Assembly (NCBI GenBank): GCA_038204165.1
Contig: JBBRDG010000001.1
Coordinates: 11,191 to 75,190 of the forward strand
Reading direction: 5' to 3'
Source of the DNA: Elusimicrobiales bacterium
Lineage (GTDB): Bacteria > Elusimicrobiota > Elusimicrobia > Elusimicrobiales > UBA9959
Length of the DNA: 64,000 nucleotides
Shown here: in pieces, positions 55,651 through 63,799 of the stretch
How the letters are laid out: each line of letters starts with the position of its first letter
How positions within the stretch are numbered: position 1 is the stretch's first letter
The notes under the pieces: generated by a model
The model's database searches: none
Told to the model about the DNA's origin: nothing
The model's input: only the letters and a program-made list of their open reading frames with translations
Translations under genes and position numbers: made by a program

Positions 55651-56358
55651 CTATTTTACCGGACCCGGCTTCGCACGCCGCACCGTCCACTGCCTCAGGC
55701 GCCCGGAGTCCAGGTGCACGAAAGCCGCGTCTGGATAATAACCTACGCCGCCGGCGCGCAGCGTCCTGGCAAAAGCGGCCACCTGCTGCGCAGAGCGGCC
55801 AGGGACCCTGACGTCGGCAGCCCAGCCCAGCATGTGAGTGCTGTACCTGGCGGCACCGGGCACCTTGTTATTAAGCCGCGGCGTGCGGTAGCCGCTCAGC
55901 AGCAGCAGGCCCCTGCCGCCAAATTTATCCTCGACCATGTCGAGGATCTCCAGCAACATCAAAGATGGGGAAGTCTCCGCGCCCCCTGCCCCGGAGCGCA
56001 TGATCCGCTGTATTTTATTTATTTCGCCCAAGTCGTAGGTTCCGTCTTTCCTGCGGTAAACGGCGGCAACCTTTTCACCGAACTCCGGCCGCACCAGGGT
56101 AAGGCGGCCGTTGCCGCCCAGGTTCACAGCGGCCGGCGGCTGCGCTTTCAGCCCACTGGCGAAGATATAGGTTTCCAGGTCGCTGCCTTCCAGGTCTTCC
56201 AGAAAATTATTGCTGAGGTCGGGAGGCTGGGGCGCCTCTTTAAGCATGGCGGCGAAATCCGCGTCCGTCATTTCCTTATTCCACCCCGCGCCGGCACACG
56301 GTGCCGCTCGGAGCAGCAGGACAACGGCGAAAATATAAAATAAGTTGCGCCCGGACAT
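55651..56358 (-). CDS. DUF882/YcbK-like peptidase M15A family protein
   Basis: 235 aa with signal peptide. SGYRTPRLN...STHMLGWAADVRV...FVHLD. Confidence 0.8.
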   Translation of the reverse strand: MSGRNLFYIFAVVLLLRAAPCAGAGWNKEMTDADFAAMLKEAPQPPDLSNNFLEDLEGSDLETYIFASGLKAQPPAAVNLGGNGRLTLVRPEFGEKVAAVYRRKDGTYDLGEINKIQRIMRSGAGGAETSPSLMLLEILDMVEDKFGGRGLLLLSGYRTPRLNNKVPGAARYSTHMLGWAADVRVPGRSAQQVAAFARTLRAGGVGYYPDAAFVHLDSGRLRQWTVRRAKPGPVK

Positions 56359-56364
56359 GGTTAA

Positions 56365-56375
56365 ATTCTATCAAA
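56365..56375 (-). promoter_or_regulatory. extended -10 promoter (GTTTGATAGAAT) of the DUF882 gene, leaderless geometry
   Basis: 6 nt between the -10 and ATG 56358. Lies directly after the OPT terminator. Confidence 0.45.
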
Positions 56376-56376
56376 C

Positions 56377-56402
56377 AAAACCGCCGGGTTACCCCGGCGG
56401 TT
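56377..56402 (-). terminator. intrinsic terminator after the OPT gene (perfect family member)
   Basis: Minus strand reads GAACCGCCGGGgtaaCCCGGCGGTTttgtttg. Confidence 0.75.
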
Positions 56403-56424
56403 CAGCTCAACCGTTAATAAGCTT

Positions 56425-58299
56425 TCAGTTAAAGAACTGCATCAGCGCCGCCAGCGCGGGCATCAGGATAGAACCCACCATTGCCTCGCCCGCCACCAGG
56501 CCGGAGGCCAGCGGCGTAGCGTAAAGGCTGAACGAGCCTTTTTCGTCCTGAGAAAAGCGGTTCCAGACGGCGGAGACCACGCTGCCGATGGCCATACCAA
56601 TATTCAACGAAGCCGGCAGGATCAGCGCAAAGCCCAGCGCCGCCGGGATAGGCACCATCCAGAAGCGGCTCACCTCGTGGCCCTTCTCGTTGGTCTTTTT
56701 GAACGCGAGCATCAGCTCAAAGAAGACACCGATGAAGATGGCTATTATGGACGCCTGCAGCGCGCCGTGCGGAAGGAAGGACAGACCTTTCTCCATCACT
56801 ATGGCGAGCGTAGCTATCTTAAGGCCGGTAGGCGCCGCCAGCTGGCCGGGGTTCAGGCCTATGCCGTAGGTGCGCTCCAGCATGTTGAACATGATAGGCG
56901 TAAGGACCGCGCCTATCGGGATTACTATCAGCTGGGCCAGGATCAGGGTCTTGAACTTGCCGCCCAGGCGCTGGGCCACCCAGAACGAAGGCACCACGTT
57001 CTCCGACGTGGCCTGCGGATTGGCGCTAACGTACGCGGCGGTCAGGTTGGACCTGATATGCGCGGGCCAGATCAGCCCGAACAGGAACTGCGTGGCGTTG
57101 GCCATCAGCGAGACCGGGCCGGAGCCGGTGATACCCAACACGCGCAGGCCGGCGATGATAAGGATAGGCTGGATAGCAACAGCCAGCAGCACTTGCTGCC
57201 AGGGCATCGCAAACCAGACGCTGGTCATCCAGACCAGCAGCGTCACGCTTACGGAAATCCCGGTTACGGTCCACCAGAGCGGAATAGTTTCGTCGGCTAT
57301 TGACTTAAACTCGTGCTTCTCAAACTTAACCTTGTCCTTGTGCAGAAAATGTAGGGCTATCGGAATAATTATGCTGGTCAGCGCGGCGGCTATCATCATC
57401 GCCGTAGCCGGCCACATCATCCACTGCACCACGTACTTAAAGTGGGAGGCGGCGCCGACAAACTCGCCGGCCTTACCGCAGGTGGCGTTCAGGAAGTCCA
57501 TAGCCTGCGTCTTCTGGACGCCGTCCAGGCCGCCCACGGAGTTAAGGGTGTTAAGACAGTTGGCAAAGTTATCCTGAGCCACACCGGAAAGGGCGGAGTA
57601 CTTCGCCACCGTCTCGCCAAAGGCGCTGACCAACCAGGTGCCGAGCAGGCCGGAAAGGCCTACCGAGAGCGGCACCAGCATGCCTATGCCTAAGGCCGCA
57701 AATTCGGGCCCGAGCGCTATGTTCAAGGCCGGATTGCCCACTATAGGACTGAGTACGCCGAGCCCGTCGCGCAGGAAGGTCAGGAAACCGGCTACGCCGG
57801 TGCTTACCATCAGCACGTCGCGCTTGGTCTTGGTTACGGCGTTGGCATTAGGGTCGGTCAGCGTCTGCGCCACGCTCAGAGTGGCCTTGCTGGTCGGCCA
57901 CGGGATGGAATGGTCCTTCAGGATAGAGCTCCTCGGTAAAATTCCCATGAAGATGCCGAGGTTAGCGGAGACCAGCAGCCAGAGAAACATCTGCCAGGTC
58001 GTAAGGTTGAAGCCGATGTCGCGGCCAAAGACGTTCTGAATGTAGAAGAAAGCCGCGAGGATCACGACCATGAAGGCGATGCTGGACACCAGGCCGATCA
58101 TGGCCTGGATGATGTTCAGCTCTATGGCAAGTTCCTGGCCCTCCATCCGCTTGCCCAGCACATAAGCGGCCAGGAACATGCCGCCTATGGTCAGGTCCAC
58201 GCTCTGCCCCAGCTTCAGCGTCACGTACGGAGTTGCAGCCGCGGCCACCGCGCACAGCAAGCCCCCGAGCAGCAACAGTCTCCAGTTCAATTCCTTCAT
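56425..58299 (-). CDS. OPT-family oligopeptide transporter
   Basis: Start at ATG 58299 (GGGGAG SD). 624 aa, about 16 TM. N-terminal PYVTLKLGQSVDL and general OPT topology. Confidence 0.75.
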   Translation of the reverse strand: MKELNWRLLLLGGLLCAVAAAATPYVTLKLGQSVDLTIGGMFLAAYVLGKRMEGQELAIELNIIQAMIGLVSSIAFMVVILAAFFYIQNVFGRDIGFNLTTWQMFLWLLVSANLGIFMGILPRSSILKDHSIPWPTSKATLSVAQTLTDPNANAVTKTKRDVLMVSTGVAGFLTFLRDGLGVLSPIVGNPALNIALGPEFAALGIGMLVPLSVGLSGLLGTWLVSAFGETVAKYSALSGVAQDNFANCLNTLNSVGGLDGVQKTQAMDFLNATCGKAGEFVGAASHFKYVVQWMMWPATAMMIAAALTSIIIPIALHFLHKDKVKFEKHEFKSIADETIPLWWTVTGISVSVTLLVWMTSVWFAMPWQQVLLAVAIQPILIIAGLRVLGITGSGPVSLMANATQFLFGLIWPAHIRSNLTAAYVSANPQATSENVVPSFWVAQRLGGKFKTLILAQLIVIPIGAVLTPIMFNMLERTYGIGLNPGQLAAPTGLKIATLAIVMEKGLSFLPHGALQASIIAIFIGVFFELMLAFKKTNEKGHEVSRFWMVPIPAALGFALILPASLNIGMAIGSVVSAVWNRFSQDEKGSFSLYATPLASGLVAGEAMVGSILMPALAALMQFFN

Positions 58300-58433
58300 T
58301 AGTTCTCCCCGGGGCTTTCCCCGCGCTGTAATTTTCTTGAGATAATCCCGGCGTCGCGTTCGTAAAAAATGCTTTTTAGCCGTTCTTAATATATATGATA
58401 CAAAAAAGCGAAACCGTACCGGGTGCGCCATCA

Positions 58434-58466
58434 AAAAACCGCCAGGCTGTCCCGGCGGTTTTATGC
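58434..58466 (-). terminator. intrinsic terminator after the histidine kinase gene (family, 1 mismatch)
   Basis: Minus strand reads AAACCGCCGGGacagCCTGGCGGTTttttga. Confidence 0.8.
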
Positions 58467-58489
58467 GGTCTGCTTCTGTCAGCCGTCGT

Positions 58490-59179
58490 TCAACTTTTCG
58501 CCAGCGGCAGAGACAGGATGACCCTGGCGCCGCCGACTGGGACGTTCTCCGCCCTGGCCGTGCCGCCCTGCTGTTCCAGGTACTTGCGCGCAATGGTAAG
58601 GCCGAGCCCTATGCCGCGGGGCTTGGTAGTGAAGAAAGGTTCAAAGGCTTTCTCGCCGTCGCCGCCGGGGAAACCGGGTCCGCTGTCGGTTAAAGTCATA
58701 TGCGCCAGCCCCGCGTCATGTGAACATTCCAGGGTGATAGCGCCGCCTTCAGGCATGGCCTGCATCGCGTTGGTAAGCACGCAGCGCAGCGCGTAACCGA
58801 TCGCTTCCATATCCGCGTTCACGCAAGGGTCTACCGGGTCGGCGGCCACCTGCAGCGTAACCGCGGGGGTGACCGGGAAAGAACCGGCCAGGTCCTTGAG
58901 CGCCGCGTTCACGGAAGCCGGAGCGGGCTGCAGCTCCCTGTCGCGGGTGAAAGCGAGCATTTCCTCGATAACGTCGTTGGTATGCTTAACCTCGCTGTCT
59001 ATTATCCCCAGGTGCTTGGCGACCTTCGGATCGAGCTCCGCCCCGCCGGCGCCCAGCTTGGTCTTCACGAAATACAGAGAGTTGGAAATGATCGCAAGGG
59101 GGTTACGTATTTCGTGGCTGACCACGCTGGCCAGCTGTTTCAGAAGATCTGGTTTTTCTTTCTTTTCTACATTAGTCAT
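58490..59179 (-). CDS. sensorless cytoplasmic histidine kinase (HisKA plus HATPase_c only)
   Basis: 229 aa. H-box SHEIRNPL, N-box LTNAMQAM, G1 DSGPGF and G2 GIGLGL. No TM, PAS or GAF region. Confidence 0.88.
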   Translation of the reverse strand: MTNVEKKEKPDLLKQLASVVSHEIRNPLAIISNSLYFVKTKLGAGGAELDPKVAKHLGIIDSEVKHTNDVIEEMLAFTRDRELQPAPASVNAALKDLAGSFPVTPAVTLQVAADPVDPCVNADMEAIGYALRCVLTNAMQAMPEGGAITLECSHDAGLAHMTLTDSGPGFPGGDGEKAFEPFFTTKPRGIGLGLTIARKYLEQQGGTARAENVPVGGARVILSLPLAKS

Positions 59180-59238
59180 AACGCAGTAATATTTTACACC
59201 TTTTAAACGCCCCTGGCGTCATTTCCTGAGCCAAAAGA

Positions 59239-59535
59239 TTACACTTTTAAGTAATGCCGCAGGGTAAGTAAAGGATGACGCAGCAGCATCCAGGGACCGG
59301 CGTACCTCATAACTTCTTTTATCTGGGCACGGCGCCGTTGGTTATAGCAATGCGCGGGGCAGTCCTTGCAGGCGGGTTTGGGGTTTTGGCCGCAGCGGCG
59401 CAGCCGGTCTCCGGCGTAAGAAGCCAGGTCCCTGCATTTTTCACAAAGCTCCGCCCCACTACCATGCCGCCCGCGGCAGTAAATACCCAGCATCCTGTCC
59501 AGCGTTTCTATCTCCAGTTCTATTTTATTCTTCAT
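59239..59535 (-). CDS. YgbA_NO (nitrous-oxide-stimulated promoter) family Cys-rich protein
   Basis: 98 aa from ATG 59535 (the track start 59541 is TTG). IYCRGRHG...LCEKC..L..YA..RLRRC...KPACKDCPAHCY...VMRYAGPWML. Confidence 0.75.
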   Translation of the reverse strand: MKNKIELEIETLDRMLGIYCRGRHGSGAELCEKCRDLASYAGDRLRRCGQNPKPACKDCPAHCYNQRRRAQIKEVMRYAGPWMLLRHPLLTLRHYLKV

Positions 59536-59565
59536 AGTCAAAATGTTCCGGGACTATCTGCAATA

Positions 59566-59576
59566 ATTCTACCAAA
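59566..59576 (-). promoter_or_regulatory. extended -10 promoter (GTTTGGTAGAAT) of the ygbA-like/histidine kinase operon
   Basis: 30 nt upstream of ATG 59535. Confidence 0.4.
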
Positions 59577-59615
59577 CAAAACCCCGGGCACCCGGTAAGG
59601 GATCGGGGAATATCA

Positions 59616-59621
59616 TAAAAT
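59616..59621 (+). promoter_or_regulatory. -10 element (TAAAAT) of rlmN, leaderless geometry
   Basis: 6 nt between the -10 and ATG 59628. No SD. Confidence 0.35.
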
Positions 59622-59627
59622 ATCTTA

Positions 59628-60644
59628 ATGTTGACTGACCTTCGGGGCCTGACCCGCGCGGAAATAGGAACGGCGCTGACGGACCTGGGCGAGAAGCCCG
59701 GCAACGCCGGCGCGGTATTTATGGCCATACACCGCCGCGGCGCGGCGGACCTGGCGCGCCTGCCGGTAGTACCAACGCGGGTCTGCCTGGCGCTGGGCCG
59801 TGCCTTCTCGCTTGCGCCCCTGCCTCTCCCCGAACTTAAACTTACAGCCAAAGACGGCACCAGAAAGCTGCTCTTCAGGTTCGCGGGGAACGCGCCGGCC
59901 GAATGCGTGGTATTGCCGGGCAAAGACCAGCAGACCGCCTGTCTCTCTTCACAGTCAGGCTGCGCTTGCGGCTGCACCTTCTGCGCCACAGGTGCCCTGG
60001 GCCTTAAGCGCTCGCTCACGCCGGCCGAGATCGTAGCCCAGTTCGAGGCCTGCCTGCGCGAGGCCGTTGACCTGCGCAGCCTGGTCTTTATGGGCATGGG
60101 AGAGCCTTTCCTGAACTGGGAGAACGTCAAGAAGGCCATCCAAATTCTTTCCGACAGCCGGGGCCGTCATTTCCAACAGGTCAAGATGACAGTCTCCACG
60201 GTGGGCGTAATCCCGGTAATAGAGGAACTTACAAAATCGGACCTGCGGGTAAGGCTGGCTGTCTCGGTGATTGCGGCGGACCCGGAGCTGCGCGCGCGCC
60301 TGACGCCCATGGAGCAGACCTATCCGTTGAAACTCGTCCTGGCCGCCGTCCGGGAATACTGCGCCGTGCGGCAGGCTCACGTTATGCTGGAGTACATCCT
60401 GCTCCCCGGCGTGAACGACCGGCCGTCGGATTCCGCGCTGCTGGCCAAACTTATAGAAGGAATCCCCTGCCGCCTCAACCTTATCCCCTACAATCCGCCT
60501 GGAGGCCCCGGCCCCGAAGCGCCGCGCGTAAAAGAATTCCAGCTGGAGCTGATAGCCGCCGGCGTGCGCGCCTACCTGCGCCAGGAGAAAGGCGCCGACA
60601 TCGCCGCGGCCTGCGGACAGCTGGCCGCCAGGACTGAGAAATAA
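59628..60644 (+). CDS. rlmN: 23S rRNA/tRNA adenine-C2 methyltransferase (radical SAM, RlmN/Cfr family)
   Basis: 338 aa. SSQSGCACGCTFCATG, FMGMGEPFLNWENV and NLIPYNP. Confidence 0.9.
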   Translation: MLTDLRGLTRAEIGTALTDLGEKPGNAGAVFMAIHRRGAADLARLPVVPTRVCLALGRAFSLAPLPLPELKLTAKDGTRKLLFRFAGNAPAECVVLPGKDQQTACLSSQSGCACGCTFCATGALGLKRSLTPAEIVAQFEACLREAVDLRSLVFMGMGEPFLNWENVKKAIQILSDSRGRHFQQVKMTVSTVGVIPVIEELTKSDLRVRLAVSVIAADPELRARLTPMEQTYPLKLVLAAVREYCAVRQAHVMLEYILLPGVNDRPSDSALLAKLIEGIPCRLNLIPYNPPGGPGPEAPRVKEFQLELIAAGVRAYLRQEKGADIAAACGQLAARTEK

Positions 60645-60670
60645 AAAACGCCGGGCTGCACCGGCGGTTC
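60644..60670 (-). terminator. intrinsic terminator after the DTW gene (family, 1 bulge)
   Basis: Minus strand reads GAACCGCCGGtgcagCCCGGCGttttttat. Confidence 0.65.
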
Positions 60671-60692
60671 GCATGGCTGCGGGGCTATATCG

Positions 60693-61388
60693 TTAAGGCT
60701 TAAGGTCCCTTTTTTTCATATTCTCTTCCCTTCTCCTGCCTTTCCCCTTAGCGTATCGCAGCTGGGTGCCGACCAATTTTTTAAAAACGTCCATCAGAAT
60801 CTCGTTCTGCTCGTTAAGCTTTTCATATCCGGCTTCTTCGGCCTCGTTGCATAAATGATAGATGGCCTCTATAGTTGAAACACAATGCTGCATGGGCTGT
60901 CTCTTAATGGCGAACTGGGAAATATAGTTGCCGTAAAAAGAGAGCCGGGGCAAGGCGCGGACGTTCAGACTTCGATGCAAAAGACTCCTGGCGCAGTTCC
61001 AGGTCCCGTCTATAACGAAGACCAGCAGAGTTTTCCCTTCCGGCAACAAGTCCTTCTCCATGGTTTTAAAGTTCACAGCTTCTGGCCCGGGGTACAGCAC
61101 GTAAGGGCTGTAGCCGGGATCCCTCAGCAGCGCATTTACCCGTTCATTGTGGGTAAAATCCATACCGATCAGGAGTTCGGCGTTCGTCAGGCACAACTTT
61201 GCCAGCCGGGCTGTTCCCGTTTTCTGTTTCCTGGCTTCCTTGGTATGCATCAGGATCACAAAGCGCATCTTCGTGGCTACGGGCTTAATGCTGCCGCACA
61301 GGCAGTTCACTTTCGCCCGGTAGCAGGCATAGCACTCCTCGCGGTTCCCGCCAGGAGCGTCAGCAGAAGGGTTGTTTTTTATAAGCAT
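60693..61388 (-). CDS. DTW-domain protein (TapT/YfiP-type tRNA aminocarboxypropyltransferase family)
   Basis: Start at ATG 61388. N-terminal Cys cluster CYACYRAKVNCLCG and VFVIDGTWNCA (DxTW). Confidence 0.75.
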   Translation of the reverse strand: MLIKNNPSADAPGGNREECYACYRAKVNCLCGSIKPVATKMRFVILMHTKEARKQKTGTARLAKLCLTNAELLIGMDFTHNERVNALLRDPGYSPYVLYPGPEAVNFKTMEKDLLPEGKTLLVFVIDGTWNCARSLLHRSLNVRALPRLSFYGNYISQFAIKRQPMQHCVSTIEAIYHLCNEAEEAGYEKLNEQNEILMDVFKKLVGTQLRYAKGKGRRREENMKKRDLKP

Positions 61389-61460
61389 TAGAGAAGATGT
61401 CTTTTTCCCGTTACGCACATATTGTAGAAATAATGGAACCAGGCCCGCACCTGGTTTATC

Positions 61461-61466
61461 TATAAT
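61461..61466 (+). promoter_or_regulatory. -10 element (TATAAT) of the 61491 gene
   Basis: ggtttatcTATAAT, followed by a 24-nt leader with GGAAGG. Confidence 0.4.
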
Positions 61467-61490
61467 ATCGGGAAGGCGGTTTATCCCTGT

Positions 61491-62195
61491 ATGACCGAAC
61501 AAATAACTCCGGATCCCTTGGCCACGCCGAAAGAATCCGGAAAATACATCTATTTCATGCTGGTCGCCCTGCTGGCCGCCGGCCTTTACTTTGCTTTTAG
61601 CCACCTTGGCAGAAAGCCCTCCCGCCTTACGACTCCCCACGCCGCGGCCGCTGCCGCCGCGCCTGCAGCGCCGTCGCCCACCGCCGCCCCGGCGATGCGT
61701 CCGCTAGGCAGAAGCCTGGAAGGGATTACCAGCCGCTACAAAAAAATGCAGCCCAGCTGGATAGAACCTATCCTCTCGGGTCCGCTCGAGGGCGGGACCG
61801 TGAGAAAATACATAACCGGTTCCGCCACCGACAACCTCTCCACGCTGGGCGACGCGGTGTACCGCCGGGTAATGTCATTCAGACTCGCCGAAATGCTGGA
61901 ACAGGTTGAAGGCACGCACGCTAATTTCTCCGGGTTGGTTTTCACCTACGCGCTTTACCCGAGCGCCTTTGACCTACAGACCGCCCCCAAGGAGATCCCG
62001 CCGGAACTTAAAAAGCTAGGGGACGCCTTCGGCGAAAAATGCGGCGCGCTGGCCGAGTTGGGCGCCCGCACCACCGAACACCGCGAGCTGCACGAAGGCT
62101 ACGTTTTTTACTGTTCCAACAAAGACACCACCAGGCTGATTTACGGGGTCTGCTCCGAAGGCCTGCTCGCCGCCGAAGCCGCCGCCGGGAAATAG
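61491..62195 (+). CDS. membrane-anchored protein, unknown function
   Basis: 234 aa. One N-terminal TM (YIYFMLVALLAAGLYFAF), an Ala/Pro linker and a globular C-terminus. GGAAGG SD. Confidence 0.55.
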   Translation: MTEQITPDPLATPKESGKYIYFMLVALLAAGLYFAFSHLGRKPSRLTTPHAAAAAAAPAAPSPTAAPAMRPLGRSLEGITSRYKKMQPSWIEPILSGPLEGGTVRKYITGSATDNLSTLGDAVYRRVMSFRLAEMLEQVEGTHANFSGLVFTYALYPSAFDLQTAPKEIPPELKKLGDAFGEKCGALAELGARTTEHRELHEGYVFYCSNKDTTRLIYGVCSEGLLAAEAAAGK

Positions 62196-62306
62196 CGCCG
62201 CCATCCATATCCCGCCCAAGAGCAGCCTCCCGGCCCCCGATATGCGTCTGGCCCGACAAATAAACCCCGAACCGCTAAAACTTATAAATAAATGACCAGC
62301 TTTTTG

Positions 62307-62312
62307 TATTAT
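62307..62312 (+). promoter_or_regulatory. -10 element (TTTTTGTATTAT) of the CNNM gene
   Basis: Bracketed by the 8-bp inverted repeat AACCGCTA (62270-62277) / TAGCGGTT (62312-62319). Leader of about 80 nt. Confidence 0.35.
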
Positions 62313-62399
62313 AGCGGTTAGGGACGCGCGCAAATTTCTTACCGAATTGAATAAGGAAAAACCAGGATTCTTCCGGAAAAGGACGCGGTAATCGCACTT

Positions 62400-63725
62400 A
62401 TGTTTCCTATAGATCCCACAGGATTAACTGTTATTGCGGTCATGCTGGTCTTCAACGCGGGCTTCGCAGCCTACGAGATGGCGCTGGCCTCCGTTTCCAA
62501 GGCCCGCATAAGGCACTTAAAGGAGAAGAACGCCCCGGGCTCCCCTTCCGCCCAATTCATGAAAGACAGAGTAGAGGCCAGCCTGTCGCTGATACAGCTG
62601 GGCATCACCCTGGCCGGGGCCGTGGCAGCCGCCACCGGCGGGGCCGGCGTAAACGAATATCTAGTCCCGCTGCTGCAGGCGCACTTCCCGCTGACCGAAG
62701 GCGCCGCCGAGGCGCTGGGCATAATCCTTTTCGTCCTGCCGCTGAGTTTCATTACCATAGTTTTCGGCGAGCTGGTCCCGAAAGTGTTCGCCATCGAAAA
62801 CAAGGAATTCATCCTGCTGACTTTCTCTCCTTTCTTCAGGGGGCTGTACTTTATTTCCTACCCGGTGCTGGCCGTGTTCGAGGCGATAATCAAGGTCGTG
62901 CTGCGCGGAATGAACTATGTACTGCCGGCGAACAAACAATATCACGAAAAAGCCCCCCTGGCGGAGCTGCGGCTGGCCGCGGCCCAGGCCAGGGATGAAA
63001 GCGTGATCGGCAGGATGGAAGAAAAGATAGTCAATTCCGCGGTGGAACTCTCGCACCGCAAAGTCGAAGATCTGGCCATCCCCATTTCTGCAGTTTCCTA
63101 TATCCCCGCAGGGACCAGCCTTGAGGGCGCCCTGTTGCGCGCGCACATGGACCTGCACACACGCTTCCCGGTAACCAGGTTGGACGGCATGCCGGAGGAT
63201 ATAATCGGTTATATAAATTTCAAAGATATTGTGAACGCCCTCAAGATGCAGGCCCCGTCGCCTGATGTGACGGGGATAACCCGGCCCATTGATAAGATCC
63301 ACTCCGGCACCGCGGCCCCGAAGGCGCTGGAGGAGATGATAGCCAAGAGCGTCCACATGGCGCTGGTTACCGACGCAGCGGGAAAGGCAATCGGGCTGCT
63401 GACGCTTGAAGATATTATAGCCCAGCTTGTCGGTCAGCCGATAAAGGACGAATTTGACCGCCTGCCGTCCCACCTTTACAAGGCCGGCGGCGGGCTTATA
63501 GCAGGCGGAGCCGCGGACATGGCGGAGATAATGCGGGAACTGGGCCTAAAGCCTGACCACAGAAATATCACGCTGGCCGCCTGGCTGGAAGACCGGTTGG
63601 GCAGGGCCCCGCGGGGCAGCGAACTGGTGCATGCCGGCCAGGTGGATGTTATTGTGCGCAAGACGCGCCGCCACCGGGTCTCAGAAGCCTTTATCCGCAA
63701 AGCCTCGCCCGCGCCCGGGAATTAA
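62400..63725 (+). CDS. CNNM/DUF21-CBS-CorC_HlyC family (TlyC/CorC-like) membrane protein
   Basis: 441 aa. N-terminal DUF21 TM region (FAAYEMALASVS, GELVPK), a CBS pair and a C-terminal CorC-like domain. Confidence 0.8.
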   Translation: MFPIDPTGLTVIAVMLVFNAGFAAYEMALASVSKARIRHLKEKNAPGSPSAQFMKDRVEASLSLIQLGITLAGAVAAATGGAGVNEYLVPLLQAHFPLTEGAAEALGIILFVLPLSFITIVFGELVPKVFAIENKEFILLTFSPFFRGLYFISYPVLAVFEAIIKVVLRGMNYVLPANKQYHEKAPLAELRLAAAQARDESVIGRMEEKIVNSAVELSHRKVEDLAIPISAVSYIPAGTSLEGALLRAHMDLHTRFPVTRLDGMPEDIIGYINFKDIVNALKMQAPSPDVTGITRPIDKIHSGTAAPKALEEMIAKSVHMALVTDAAGKAIGLLTLEDIIAQLVGQPIKDEFDRLPSHLYKAGGGLIAGGAADMAEIMRELGLKPDHRNITLAAWLEDRLGRAPRGSELVHAGQVDVIVRKTRRHRVSEAFIRKASPAPGN

Positions 63726-63799
63726 TAAAGTGCGATAACCGCGCCGCTGCTCCTGCCCCCTTACGTTCCGGCAGCATTTAGTATAATCCCTTCTACGGC

